Below are positions 39,030-49,585 of a stretch of DNA of 52,064 nucleotides, piece by piece (positions within the stretch are counted from its first letter, which is position 1; every line of letters starts with the position of its first letter). Location: assembly GCA_001770205.1 (NCBI GenBank), contig MEQL01000015.1:1-52064 (forward strand). The letters are read 5' to 3'. Made by a program: the position numbers and the translations under genes. Source of the stretch: Bdellovibrionales bacterium RIFOXYD12_FULL_39_22 (GTDB lineage Bacteria; Bdellovibrionota; Bacteriovoracia; Bacteriovoracales; Bacteriovoracaceae). The notes beneath the pieces are model-generated. The model was given only the letters and a program-made list of their open reading frames with translations. It made no database searches and was not told the DNA's origin.

Positions 39030-39683
39030 TTATTGATTGCTATTTTTATCATCTTCGGGTGAAGGCCGTTCTAGATTTTGTATGACTTTATTTTTCAGGT
39101 AGTGCCCCCAGATGAGCAGCGCCACCAAAAATATGGCAAAAAGAAGACTTCCTGTTTTCATCTTTCTAATAATTTTTTCCAAGTAATCTAAATTTTCCCC
39201 GAATAATTTTCCAACATAGATCCAAGCAGGAACAGAAATTAGTGCCGCTAATCCATCTACAGAGATAAATAATGGGTATGGTTTTTTTAAAGTGCCGACA
39301 AAAAAATAGATAGGAGCGCGTAGGCCAGGTAAAAAACGAGCTATGAAAATAACCTTATTGCCAAAACGGTGAAAAGCACGGGCCGCCACATTTAAAAGAG
39401 AGGGGCGAATTATTTTGCTCATTATCTTACTTTGAAATAGGCGTTGTCCCCAGATTCGGCCCATCCAAAATATAATTGAATCTCCAATTACAACGCCGGC
39501 CATACTAACAAAAAGAGTTCTCCAAAATCCAGAGGTGTGAGAGGAGACCAATACGCCTCCGGCAACCAGGGTAATATCTTCAGGAATAGGTAGACCTAGG
39601 CCGCAGGCCACCAGGATCATAAAGATTAATAATAGGGAATACCCCTCATGTTGCATAAGAAAGTCGAGTAGTTGATCAAACAT
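39030..39683 (-). CDS. DedA family membrane protein
   Basis: GLPIPED, GDSIIFWMGR, ARFLPGLR. Confidence 0.92.
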   Translation of the reverse strand: MFDQLLDFLMQHEGYSLLLIFMILVACGLGLPIPEDITLVAGGVLVSSHTSGFWRTLFVSMAGVVIGDSIIFWMGRIWGQRLFQSKIMSKIIRPSLLNVAARAFHRFGNKVIFIARFLPGLRAPIYFFVGTLKKPYPLFISVDGLAALISVPAWIYVGKLFGENLDYLEKIIRKMKTGSLLFAIFLVALLIWGHYLKNKVIQNLERPSPEDDKNSNQ

Positions 39684-39853
39684 TCGATCATGCTAATTGA
39701 TTGTGAAATTTTTGGCCAGTACTCAATTGCAAAAAAATAATAAAAATCTAATTAAGCTTATCATCGAGGTAGACTATTTTTAATTGGACGCTGAAGGTAT
39801 GAGGCCATAAAATTTACTTAATATACATTCTATTTCGGGAGGATACAAAAGCA

Positions 39854-40735
39854 ATGTTGCAGATATTGGCCGCTCCACCACTTTTATTTTGTTTGCTGAT
39901 GTTTTCTGGTGCCACCGATTGGATTTATTCGTCAAATAAAATGAAATACCAGTTTAGTCCAGATACACCGTTTTTCCCGGCGTATTTAGCTGCCAAGTCG
40001 GTACCTCGTCACCGTCTCTCGGTTCGGAAACTTCCATATACGGAGATTATTCATGCGGGTAAATTGCGCTATGGTGTTGGCCTAGGAGGACAATTTAAAC
40101 TTTTTAGATATACAGAGGAAGGTGAGGCGGGCCCGTCACAAAACAGAGGAATGCAGTATAATTTTAGCGCAGGAATAACTACACAGACCGATTTAGAAGA
40201 AGGACTAGATGTTATTGGATGGGATGGTGTTATGATGTCAGAGACATCTTTTTCAATTGGAGAAAAATCATTTTTAAAGATAGGTGTGTTTCACATCTCT
40301 GGCCATATTGGAGATGAGTATCTTCAGAAGGTTAAAAGGAAAAGGCAATCTTATGCACGCAATGAGATTACCCTGGCCCTTTCTAATAACTCTTTTTTTA
40401 ATTTAAGAACTTATTTTGAGGTCGGATATGATTATTCTACTAATAGGGCGGCGCCAGATGATCCATATCGCTTGGAGTTTGGAATGGAATATTCTGGGGT
40501 AGGAGCGCAAAAGGAGAAAACTGTGGCCCCGTTTGCTGCCAGCGATATTGAATCGTATCAGGAGGATAATTGGAGATTTAATCAGACCTATCAGTTGGGC
40601 ATTATAGCTCAGGCCAATAATTTTTCCAGAATGTATCGAGTATACTTAGAGTATTATGTCGGAAGGTCACAAATGAGTGAGTTTTTTAACCACCACGAAA
40701 ATCATTATGCGCTCGAGTTTGCTTTAGACTTTTAA
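39854..40735 (+). CDS. DUF1207-like outer-membrane protein
   Basis: FHISGHIGDEY motif, alternating beta-strand pattern, terminal Phe. Confidence 0.65.
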   Translation: MLQILAAPPLLFCLLMFSGATDWIYSSNKMKYQFSPDTPFFPAYLAAKSVPRHRLSVRKLPYTEIIHAGKLRYGVGLGGQFKLFRYTEEGEAGPSQNRGMQYNFSAGITTQTDLEEGLDVIGWDGVMMSETSFSIGEKSFLKIGVFHISGHIGDEYLQKVKRKRQSYARNEITLALSNNSFFNLRTYFEVGYDYSTNRAAPDDPYRLEFGMEYSGVGAQKEKTVAPFAASDIESYQEDNWRFNQTYQLGIIAQANNFSRMYRVYLEYYVGRSQMSEFFNHHENHYALEFALDF

Positions 40736-40908
40736 TTAAATGATCGCTATCCCGCCTTAATTTTCTCGGAACATATAATCTTTACCGAATTGTTAAAAAA
40801 AATTCCGCATAGCGCCAAAACGTGATAAACAATTGCCCGGGAAGCAAAAACTTTTCAAAAGGCGTAGTTTTAGCGTCGTTTTGATTGATTATTAACGAGG
40901 AGAAAGTA

Positions 40909-41532
40909 ATGAAAAAATCACTTTTTAGTTTATTGTTACTTGTGGCCACGGTTACGGTAGTGCAAGCTAATATTGTGGATCTATCCGAAAGGATTGTTTC
41001 GCAATCGCAAAAGTTACAAAGATCTGTTTATGACATGCGATATGGATCTAGCTGGGATCATCGCATTGCACGCGAAGATGCGACTGAACTTCGAAGGATG
41101 GTAGAGAGAATGTTGATGCAACTAGATGGAGAGGGGCCACGTCCTCCGATGCCGCCAACTCCGCCAACTCCGCCAACTCCACCATATCCACCATATCCAC
41201 CATATCCACCATATCCACCAATGCCGCCACGTCCGACACATACTATCTCTGCTAGCTGCGAATATGATATCGGTGGAAATTTTTTTAATCCTGAAACTAA
41301 AGTTGAGTGTACAGTCTATGGCCGTGGCGCCGCTGGTTATGAAGTAGAGGTTGTTTCTAAATACAATAGGACGATAGAATTTCGTGGAACTCTTGAACCG
41401 CAACAGACCACACAACAGTTTAAAACTGATGAGGAGAAAGTTGGTGGTAGTGGAGTGACCTATAATGTCTATATTTTAACTCGCGAGGGCGCAAAGATAT
41501 TAGTTAATACAAGACGAGCATCCACATTCTAA
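40909..41532 (+). CDS. Secreted protein with Pro-rich linker
   Basis: GAGGAG RBS, signal MKKSLFSLLLLVATVTVVQA, (PPT)3(PPY)4. Confidence 0.8.
   Translation: MKKSLFSLLLLVATVTVVQANIVDLSERIVSQSQKLQRSVYDMRYGSSWDHRIAREDATELRRMVERMLMQLDGEGPRPPMPPTPPTPPTPPYPPYPPYPPYPPMPPRPTHTISASCEYDIGGNFFNPETKVECTVYGRGAAGYEVEVVSKYNRTIEFRGTLEPQQTTQQFKTDEEKVGGSGVTYNVYILTREGAKILVNTRRASTF
41152..41214 (+). repeat. 9-bp tandem repeats CCGCCAACT x3 and CCACCATAT x4
   Basis: Read directly; encode PPT and PPY. Confidence 0.95.
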
Positions 41533-41566
41533 GAATTGTGATTTAAAGGTTGAACTGTAAAAAAAT

Positions 41567-41594
41567 AAAGGGCCTCGTTTTCTGAGGCCCTTTT
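41567..41594. terminator. Bidirectional intrinsic terminator
   Basis: AAAGGGCCTC-N7-GAGGCCCTTTT between convergent genes. Confidence 0.85.
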
Positions 41595-41621
41595 CTTTGG
41601 CGAAGTAAAGTAATGATCTAT

Positions 41622-42272
41622 TTAATGGACAATCTCGGAGCTGGGGATCGGAGTTGATTGTTGGCCTAAAGGCACGGGAGATAAATTAGCGCGTCCTCCG
41701 CCTCCGCTGACACTCTGCTTGCTATATTTCATTATGCTGCTTTCCAGACTCTTAATAGCGATATTTTTATTAGTTTTTAGCTCTTGTAATCGTTGATTGT
41801 GGATATACTCAAGATATTTTCGGCGAGCATCATACATATTATTGATAAATTCGATTTGAAAACTTTTTAGCTCCATCCAGCAGGCAATTTTCTCTTCTTT
41901 CGTCAGTGCGGTTGGGGTATTGCTTAGAACCGTTTCGCTATTAATTGTCGGGGCCTTATTCCCTTTGCTGTCATAGGCCAAAATGATAGAGGAAAACTCG
42001 CCATTACAAACCATCTTTTTATGATCCAAATAACGCTCTACTACTTCCTCCCGAATGCGATCAATTTCGTTAAAATAGTTTTCTGGAGATAGTGTTTTTA
42101 TCTTAGAAATTTCATCTTTAATTTTTCGCACGTAATCGATTTCATTTTCCGGGGGACGAATAGGACTAACCTTGGCCGAGGGAGTAGCGCTGTTTGACTG
42201 TGCCAGGGCCAGAGTAATAAAAGTTAGCAATATGGTTATAATGGAGTGTTTAATGAGTTTTGGTCCTTGCAT
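41622..42272 (-). CDS. Secreted hypothetical protein
   Basis: Signal-like IITILLTFITLALA; helical, two Cys. Confidence 0.7.
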   Translation of the reverse strand: MQGPKLIKHSIITILLTFITLALAQSNSATPSAKVSPIRPPENEIDYVRKIKDEISKIKTLSPENYFNEIDRIREEVVERYLDHKKMVCNGEFSSIILAYDSKGNKAPTINSETVLSNTPTALTKEEKIACWMELKSFQIEFINNMYDARRKYLEYIHNQRLQELKTNKNIAIKSLESSIMKYSKQSVSGGGGRANLSPVPLGQQSTPIPSSEIVH

Positions 42273-42328
42273 TAATTCTAATTATTAATTATTAATAATT
42301 AATTCAAATTTTTATTTAATTTTTTTAA

Positions 42329-42691
42329 TCACGTTTCTAGATAATAGGCCAGATCTTTACTGTCTGTAAAAAAAATTGTGACAATCACATGCTTATATCG
42401 AGATTTTTCTCCGCGAGTTACTTCTACACAGCTTTTACTTAACCTAAAATATTTTGCTATGATGACACGAATTGCTTCATTGGCCTGTCCATCAATCGGG
42501 CGTGCGTGAGTATGAATAATTAAATTACCATCGCTATCGGGTATAATTTTTTCCTGTTTTGATCCAGGTTTGGCGTGTACGTAAATCGAAAAACTAACCC
42601 CGTTTTTATGGGCCAAAAAATGTGAAACTTTTATGCCGCGCCTTGTGAATTTGTCCTCAAGTGGATGTATGTTATATGATCTAGTACTCAT
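42329..42691 (-). CDS. DUF167/YggU family protein
   Basis: VHAKPGSK, ARPIDGQANEA, GEKSRYK. Confidence 0.88.
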   Translation of the reverse strand: MSTRSYNIHPLEDKFTRRGIKVSHFLAHKNGVSFSIYVHAKPGSKQEKIIPDSDGNLIIHTHARPIDGQANEAIRVIIAKYFRLSKSCVEVTRGEKSRYKHVIVTIFFTDSKDLAYYLET

Positions 42692-42697
42692 GAGTGG

Positions 42698-43366
42698 TTA
42701 ATGATGGATTAAATTACGCCAAATACTAGAGTCGGATTGATTCTCCCAATCTTCTACTAAAAATTTTTGCAGTTCGCTCAAAAAGAGATCTATCGGGAAT
42801 CCGACGACGTTGGAATATGATCCATTTAGGGAGGAAATAAAGGTGAGTGCTTGCCCTTGAATACCATATGACCCGGCCTTGTCTAAGGATTCACCTGTGC
42901 GAATATAGCGCGCTAAAATATCTGGCGAAATATTTGTAAATGTTACGTCAGTAACGCAGTGAAACGACTTTTCAATTAGCTTACCACAAGCAATATCATG
43001 TCGGCAGATGGCCACACCAGTTACTACACGATGTGTTTTTCCGGCCAGCTCTAAGAGCATTCTTTTGGCGTCATCAGCATCGTTGGGTTTTCCGTATAAT
43101 TTGTCACCTAAAGATACGATGGTATCGGAAGAGACAATTAATGGGAAAAAGGTTTTTCCCAAGTCATTTCTTTGCTGACATAGCTCATAGGCCGCTAATC
43201 CCTTTTTTCTTGCAACATCCTTAGCAATATCTACTGGGTGTTCATAATCACTTACTTCATTTATGTCGGTATCGATAATGGTAAAAGGAACTTCTATCCA
43301 ACTTAAAATTTGTTTTCGGCGTGGACTTTTACTGGCCAAAATGAGTGAATACTTTTTATCGCTCAC
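42698..43366 (-). CDS. maf: Maf family nucleoside triphosphate pyrophosphatase
   Basis: LILASKSPRR, SDTIV, DKAGSYGIQ, NVVGFP. Confidence 0.93.
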   Translation of the reverse strand: MSDKKYSLILASKSPRRKQILSWIEVPFTIIDTDINEVSDYEHPVDIAKDVARKKGLAAYELCQQRNDLGKTFFPLIVSSDTIVSLGDKLYGKPNDADDAKRMLLELAGKTHRVVTGVAICRHDIACGKLIEKSFHCVTDVTFTNISPDILARYIRTGESLDKAGSYGIQGQALTFISSLNGSYSNVVGFPIDLFLSELQKFLVEDWENQSDSSIWRNLIHH

Positions 43367-43406
43367 AATTTTTCTCCTTAACTTCCAATTTGCGTATAAC
43401 TATTTC

Positions 43407-44822
43407 TTATTCTTGCACAAAACCACCGACGGAATCACCATAGGCCCAGGGGCCAAATTCTTGAAGAGTAGCAATATCTTCTCCGCGAGCAAGCATTTTT
43501 TTGCGCATTTTTTGCCATGCCAATAATTCCATTTTTTCCTCTAAGGGAATTTGGTTGCGCAAAAATCTCAGGCGTAGGCATAAGTCATTATCATTATCAT
43601 TTTCATTTTCATTTTCGTTACAAAACATTTTTTTCCATAATTTAAATCCCATTTCTTCCGCTAGTTCTTTTGCGCTAATTTGTGGCCGGAAGAGCGGGGA
43701 AGAGTATTTTTTTAACATTAATTCGCGCGCAACAAAAATAGAGTTAAGGCGACGGGTTGGGAATTCACTAAAATGAAATCTTTGATCATTATCAAAATTT
43801 TCTTCAGAGATGGAGGTTCCGTCATAGGCAACTTGATACCAGGTGTCGACTTTTAGAGGAGTAGTTGTAAATGTTTCATCTCCAAAAATAGTAAAGCTTG
43901 GTTGTTGTTGGGCAGAAGAAGTGGATAAATTAGAGGATATTTCTGAACTATCTAAATCACCTAGTCCCGGATTAAAAAATTTCGCTGAGCGATTTTTTAA
44001 ATAACTATTACTGCCATCAAGTACGATAAACTCTGCTTGAGTCTCTTCGCCCCAGTAATAACCAGTTGGCAAGACAATTAGAGAATAACTTTTTTTGTCT
44101 CTAAAAATCTGATTATTTTCGATGATTAGTTGATTCAGTTTTTTAGAGTGCTCTAAGTTTAGATTTTCCAAGCTCTCTTGCCAGGCAGGATTGGCCTCTT
44201 CAAAAGCAAGAGGAAGAAAGAGTCCATCAGTTTCTCGATCTTTGCTTTCAGGAAACAGATGTTGTTTTCTTGAAAGCCATAACATATTTCCTCTTGTTAT
44301 TTTAGCGTGCAATAAAATTTCTTGTTGACCAACATTAATTTCTCGCAGGTTTAAGTGAGTTAGGGGAGAGAGGCGAACCAGGGTTCCATCCATCAAAAAA
44401 ATCCACAAAAGAGAATGAGCACTAGTTATGATGTCATCACCTTCACGCACATAAGAATTGAAGGATGGATGAAAATACCCATCATCACGATATATGCGAC
44501 AGTCACCAACTGCACCAATAATTCGGCCGGCCACTTCGTGTAGTGCAAGATAACGCTGAAAAATTCTCCACTGTGGGTTAAGATCTTTTTGTTCTCTTTC
44601 TTTCGACCACTGATTAAAATCAATCCACTCTTGGTAGTTGTCTGCGATTTTTTTCCAGGGAATATTACTTCTAGGGTGATATTTGAAACGATAAGGAAGG
44701 TCGAGTCCATCGACCGAAAGAATGGCCGCATTGGGAGAGTTAGCAGTTTCGGGAAATGCCGGCAGGGATGCTGTCAATATAGTCAATATGCTAAATAGGA
44801 ATAATGTTGGGCCAGACTTCAT
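43407..44822 (-). CDS. Secreted hypothetical protein with FecR-like segment
   Basis: Signal peptide; VREGDDIITSAHS...LMDGTLVRLSPLT. Confidence 0.65.
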   Translation of the reverse strand: MKSGPTLFLFSILTILTASLPAFPETANSPNAAILSVDGLDLPYRFKYHPRSNIPWKKIADNYQEWIDFNQWSKEREQKDLNPQWRIFQRYLALHEVAGRIIGAVGDCRIYRDDGYFHPSFNSYVREGDDIITSAHSLLWIFLMDGTLVRLSPLTHLNLREINVGQQEILLHAKITRGNMLWLSRKQHLFPESKDRETDGLFLPLAFEEANPAWQESLENLNLEHSKKLNQLIIENNQIFRDKKSYSLIVLPTGYYWGEETQAEFIVLDGSNSYLKNRSAKFFNPGLGDLDSSEISSNLSTSSAQQQPSFTIFGDETFTTTPLKVDTWYQVAYDGTSISEENFDNDQRFHFSEFPTRRLNSIFVARELMLKKYSSPLFRPQISAKELAEEMGFKLWKKMFCNENENENDNDNDLCLRLRFLRNQIPLEEKMELLAWQKMRKKMLARGEDIATLQEFGPWAYGDSVGGFVQE

Positions 44823-45076
44823 AATTGCTATTCGGAAGGAAGAGGAGTTATTTTCAAAGTAACACGTTATTTAAGCGCAAGCGGAAAATTAGTCTTGTTT
44901 TCTGCCATTTGGCCCATATTGGGGATAATTATACCTCACATCGCAGGAGTAAAAAAATGGCCGATAAAAAAGAGATGATAAAGCTTAGGCCCCAGGACTG
45001 ATTTGCCGAAAAGTAGTCTGCGGATAGTTGTGATGGAAAGTGTGACGGTTAAACTATTTACATTCGGGGTGTTTTA

Positions 45077-45658
45077 ATGAACAAGTCAATATTTGATGGG
45101 AAGATTATTTTAAATAACAAGAAAATAACGACAAGCTTGGCCCCCTCAACTTCAACTTCAAAAAAAATAATGAATGTAAAATTAAATGCCCCAGATATTA
45201 GTTTTGAAGAAACGTTTATGCGGCACTTTAACACGCTTGGACTAAATGGCCAAGAAAAAAGCCAGCTATCTCTTAAACATAGAAGAGAGATGTGTGCATA
45301 TAAAAATGTAGATCAACGTTCTTTGAAGTCAGCTATTAAAAATCTTAGCAAAAGAATCAATGATGACTCATCCTCGGAGATCACTATCGAGGCAGATGAT
45401 TTTGGAAGCTATGTTTGTCTCGCAACTATTTTTTCGGGAGAAATTTCTACAAATAAAATGGTTCATTTTGAATTGAATAATATCCCACTAAAGTTAATGT
45501 CTCCACAATTGTTGTCTGGAAAAATCAATTCTGCCAATATAACGGTTAATATAAATTTTGAGCATGGGCATTGGGTCACTTCATTTAAAACCTTACATGC
45601 GCTACCAACAGGGATTGAACTGGATCACAATATTGTTTATAAAAAGGCCTGTGCTTGA
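45077..45658 (+). CDS. Hypothetical protein
   Basis: 193-aa ORF with GGGG RBS. Confidence 0.65.
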   Translation: MNKSIFDGKIILNNKKITTSLAPSTSTSKKIMNVKLNAPDISFEETFMRHFNTLGLNGQEKSQLSLKHRREMCAYKNVDQRSLKSAIKNLSKRINDDSSSEITIEADDFGSYVCLATIFSGEISTNKMVHFELNNIPLKLMSPQLLSGKINSANITVNINFEHGHWVTSFKTLHALPTGIELDHNIVYKKACA

Positions 45659-45719
45659 TTTTTTGATTGATTGAGCATTATTTTGTCGGGTTTACATATT
45701 CAGGATAATCATTGATAAT

Positions 45720-46853
45720 TTGTTCATGTTTTTTAGCTTGAAAATATTTTTCTGCAGATTCAAAACAACGGTCAGGTCAGTTATTACAACTATTATACTA
45801 TTGGCAATGTTAGCAATGCCGCAGGATATTTCGGCGACCTATCCATTTTACTTTTTCAATGAAGATAAGCTAACACTTACGGACAATTCTTTTGAGAAAT
45901 ATGTTCTGCCGCAGTTAAAAATAATTATTACAGAGTATTACTATATTCTCAGCAAAATTGGACCGGAGATTGCCGATGTTATTGTAATTAAGGATAACAT
46001 TTTAGAACTTAAAATGCTGTGGCAGAATTTTCATGATAATTGCACCAATATTGTTGGTGAAAGCTGTGAAATGGTTTTACGGAAAATCTACAAGAAAGCG
46101 TTGATTGTCGATCAGTTAACATTGGCCTTCAAGAGCAAATCCCTAACGCTCAATAATTATTCGGGAAACAATAATCTTATTGATAATTGGCTCAAGGTTG
46201 TGGCCCTTATCAACGAAGTTGCCGGTATAAATTATCAGCAACTTCATACGTTGGAAGAGATTTTAATCTTTTCCTCTCAAGAAAATATTTCTTTTGATCG
46301 GCAGTATCGAGAGTTAACCGAAATTGCACAACGTATGTTGATTTTGTCTGAAATAATTATTACCTCCAGTCTGGATCGTAAGTATCGTGGACTTTTTGAA
46401 GAACTACAGGTGAATATGATTAAGGACATGGAGTATCTTTGTAACCTTGAACCGCAGCAGGATTTTTTTATAAAAAAAATGGGTGATTTTAATTTTTTTT
46501 GGAACTCTTTTAATATGAAAATTTCTAAGGGGACGGTTGTTCTCCCAGGAAATACCAATATTACTCTAACGGTAATTCAAAACAGGTGGAATTCAATTTT
46601 AAGATTATATCTAAAAAACACAGCATTCATTTCTCCCAAGGATTTTCCTAAAGCAACGGTTTCTCATCGCGCTGATTTGGATGATAATGTAGTATTTCCA
46701 GATCAAACGGGAAGTAGTGCAGGCAGTGCTGCCACAGTCATAGAACCGTCTACTCCTGATGCGACAAGTGAAGTTGGTCAGCAAGATGGACAAAAAACAT
46801 CAGTTCCCGCGCCTACTAACACAGGCCCAGAGGCAACTTCCACTGGGCAATAA
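45720..46853 (+). CDS. Secreted hypothetical protein with low-complexity tail
   Basis: Hydrophobic N-terminus, Thr/Ser/Gly/Pro-rich C-terminus; start uncertain. Confidence 0.7.
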   Translation: MFMFFSLKIFFCRFKTTVRSVITTIILLAMLAMPQDISATYPFYFFNEDKLTLTDNSFEKYVLPQLKIIITEYYYILSKIGPEIADVIVIKDNILELKMLWQNFHDNCTNIVGESCEMVLRKIYKKALIVDQLTLAFKSKSLTLNNYSGNNNLIDNWLKVVALINEVAGINYQQLHTLEEILIFSSQENISFDRQYRELTEIAQRMLILSEIIITSSLDRKYRGLFEELQVNMIKDMEYLCNLEPQQDFFIKKMGDFNFFWNSFNMKISKGTVVLPGNTNITLTVIQNRWNSILRLYLKNTAFISPKDFPKATVSHRADLDDNVVFPDQTGSSAGSAATVIEPSTPDATSEVGQQDGQKTSVPAPTNTGPEATSTGQ

Positions 46854-46861
46854 TGGACAAA

Positions 46862-46889
46862 AAAATGCCCTCCATTCAGAGGGCATTTT
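46862..46889. terminator. Bidirectional intrinsic terminator
   Basis: AAAATGCCCTC-N6-GAGGGCATTTT between convergent genes. Confidence 0.85.
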
Positions 46890-46933
46890 GAAAAGCAGAG
46901 AAGTTTTAAATTTAAATTATAGTCTTTGTATAA

Positions 46934-47161
46934 TTAAAATCGTACTCCTCTATCTCCTTTTACTACGGCCTTGTTTCTTCGCTTTTCAGCAGAAGAAATT
47001 TTTTCTTTTAAACGAACAGAAGGTTTTTTATATTCCTGACGTTTTCGATACTCGCGAATAACTCCAAATGATTCGCAAAGGCGCTTGAACTTTTTCAAGG
47101 AGCGCTCAATTCCGTTTTTATCATCGATTTCAACACGGATTGATGTACATTGACGTGGCAT
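46934..47161 (-). CDS. rpsU: 30S ribosomal protein S21
   Basis: IERSLKKFKR...EYRKRQEYKKPSVR; AGGAGG RBS before ATG 47161. Confidence 0.93.
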   Translation of the reverse strand: MPRQCTSIRVEIDDKNGIERSLKKFKRLCESFGVIREYRKRQEYKKPSVRLKEKISSAEKRRNKAVVKGDRGVRF

Positions 47162-47309
47162 AATTATCACCTCCTTTTTATGGCATTTGAAAAACTCAAA
47201 CTAACTAATTTAATAGCTATTTAAGGATAGCTAAGTTAGGATGCCCGCTTATAAAAGTCAACCTGAAATAAGGGAACATTGTTTATATCAGACTGAAATA
47301 GTATACGAT

Positions 47310-48671
47310 ATGCAGATAGAACAACCTTCATTTTTTACTGATGACGCGACAGAAAGTAACAATAAAACTGAACATGATTCTTCCATAAATTTGAATTTGC
47401 CCACTTCTGGAACTACTTATTTTCCACTAAATACCGCTCCATTGGCCCATATCGCCAGACCATATAAGTTTGAAGATTTTAAGGGCCAAGAGCATATTTT
47501 TAAAAGATATCCTTTCTTAAGGGAGCGTAATTTTCCTAGTGTTGTTTTCTGGGGGCCTCCGGGAATAGGGAAAACCACTTTGGCCCATATTTTGGCGCAA
47601 AATAGTGGCAAGGATATTTATCCGTTTAGTCCGGTTATGGGTGGTGTGGCAGAATTAAAAAAGCTTATCCATTCCGCGATAGAAGTAAAAAAAACTTTTA
47701 ATCGCGAATCGATTATTTTCATTGATGAGATTCATCGTTTTAACAAAGGGCAGCAGGATGCCCTTTTGCCATATGTCGAAAATGGTTCATTTACCTTAAT
47801 CGGGGCCACGACTGAAAACCCTCGGCGTTCTATTAACAACGCTCTACTTTCTCGCACCCAAATTATTGAATTAAAGGCCCTCTCTGAGGATAGCGTTTTA
47901 GAAATATTGGAACGAGTAAATGGCCAGTTTGAAATTGGCTGTGCGGCAGAAATTGTGAAGTTTATTGCTGATCATTCAGGCGGTGATGCAAGACGTGCCC
48001 TTAATGCGCTAGACATTCTCTATCAAAAGCAAAAGGAAAGTAGTTGCAAACTATCCCTGGTGGAAGTTCGTGGGTTGATTTTAGAAAATGCCCGCAACTA
48101 TGATCGCAATCAGGATCGTCATTATGACGTAATATCTGCTTTCATCAAAAGTTTGCGTGGAAGTGATCCGCAGGCGGCACTTCTTTGGTTGGCCGTAATG
48201 TTAGACGGAGGCGAGGATCCGGTTTTCATCGCTCGCCGACTGGTGATTTTTGCCTCTGAAGATATTGGTAATGCAGATATTCATGCTATAAGCTTGGCCA
48301 CCTCGGTTTTATTGGCAGTACAGAATATTGGAATGCCAGAAGCGCGTATTAATTTGGCACAGGCCGCGACCTACTTGGCCTCAACCGTGAAAAGTAATGC
48401 TGTGTATGAGGGGATTTCTCGCGCATTAGAGTATGTGCAAAATCATCCCAACATAGCGGTTCCTGGACATTTAAAAAACCGGCCGCCAGCAGAATTTTTG
48501 CCAGAAGGTAAATTGGCCAATGAGGCGTATAAATATCCGCACTCTTATCCAAATAATTTTATCAGACAAAAATATTCTAACGAAGGTAAACAGATTAATG
48601 ATTTTTATCGGCCGACAGAAAATGGCCATGAGAAAAATCTTAAAAGAAGGCTGGATTCACTTTGGAATTAA
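47310..48671 (+). CDS. rarA: Replication-associated recombination protein A
   Basis: GPPGIGKTT, IDEIHRFNKGQQD, GATTENP, SAFIKSLRGSD, ASEDIG; start uncertain (47241 possible). Confidence 0.95.
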   Translation: MQIEQPSFFTDDATESNNKTEHDSSINLNLPTSGTTYFPLNTAPLAHIARPYKFEDFKGQEHIFKRYPFLRERNFPSVVFWGPPGIGKTTLAHILAQNSGKDIYPFSPVMGGVAELKKLIHSAIEVKKTFNRESIIFIDEIHRFNKGQQDALLPYVENGSFTLIGATTENPRRSINNALLSRTQIIELKALSEDSVLEILERVNGQFEIGCAAEIVKFIADHSGGDARRALNALDILYQKQKESSCKLSLVEVRGLILENARNYDRNQDRHYDVISAFIKSLRGSDPQAALLWLAVMLDGGEDPVFIARRLVIFASEDIGNADIHAISLATSVLLAVQNIGMPEARINLAQAATYLASTVKSNAVYEGISRALEYVQNHPNIAVPGHLKNRPPAEFLPEGKLANEAYKYPHSYPNNFIRQKYSNEGKQINDFYRPTENGHEKNLKRRLDSLWN

Positions 48672-48913
48672 TGGCCATTTTTGTTGTGTACAAAAGCCAC
48701 TGCTGGTTGTCTCTAATTTTTAATTAAAGCAATCACTGCCTGTTTGTGCGCATTTCCCCTCTTGACTCATGATTAATTGCTGGTAAAGGGCCAAGTATTA
48801 TTTGTGTCATAGTTCCCCCTTCTTCAATTTATTGAAAATATTATCGCATTGCTGGTATTGAGAATCGATCTGTTGTATTATGTTGTTTTTTGTATTGAAA
48901 GTAGTTTTTTTAT

Positions 48914-49282
48914 GGGGGTGCACTGGTTTCGACGGGGAAAATGAATTTTTGTGGGCGTGTTCAGGTTGGTCACCAGGCCTGATAAAAAGGAGACCAAAAA
49001 CTAACAGGCGAATCTTATGATTACGCCATGGCCGCCTAATCTTCGGATTACGTGACCATTGAGGGCGCTCTCGCCCAAGAAACAGAATGAGAGCAAACAT
49101 GTTGGGCGGGCATGTAAACTTTGCCTCAAGAGTAAGTCGGGGTAACTTGAAAAATTTACCGAGATTTGTCAGTTTCACAAAACTGAATGGTCTGGCCACT
49201 GGACGATAATCAGAGGCTACACACGTAGGCCGCAAATTGGATTTTTTTTCGGACGTGGGTTCGATTCCCACCACCTCCACCA
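48914..49282 (+). ncRNA. ssrA: tmRNA
   Basis: 5' GGGGGTG pairs with 3' CACCTCC-ACCA with a G3-U wobble; TTCGAC near the 5' end, GGTTCGATTCC T-arm; tag ORF 49007-49039 GESYDYAMAA*. Confidence 0.96.
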
Positions 49283-49477
49283 AACTTCCGCAGTTGGTGG
49301 ACACTCCCGAAACAAATCATTTCACAAGTAATTTAAATCACTTCAATTAGGTTTCATTAAGAGGATCAATCATTTCGTCGGCCAACATTGCTGGAAATTG
49401 CCCAAAATTTCTCTCGTTGGCTTAGTTGTGGCTTTGTTTTTGGCTTACCCCAAAAATTTCGTCGTTATCCATTGGAC

Positions 49478-49543
49478 TACACGCGTAGTTTTGAGTGGTA
49501 AAATCGCACTTAAGCTTTGGTTATTATTCGGACTACGCGTGTA
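49478..49543. promoter_or_regulatory. 12-bp inverted repeat pair, candidate operators of the Xre gene
   Basis: TACACGCGTAGT (49478-49489) and ACTACGCGTGTA (49532-49543). Confidence 0.5.
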
Positions 49544-49585
49544 TCCAAAATTGATGAGTTTTTATTAAAATTTTGGAGGTAAACG

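Noticed and set aside
41048..41415. Alternative-frame ORFs with HHI, WWI and MVD repeats
   Set aside because: By-products of the 9-bp repeats in the real PPT/PPY gene
44940..45015. GCCGATAA/GCCGAAAA as sigma-28 promoters
   Set aside because: No matching -35 element at the expected spacing
48807..49304. 165-aa minus-strand ORF
   Set aside because: Antisense shadow of tmRNA (LVEVVGIEP is the reverse-complemented T-arm)
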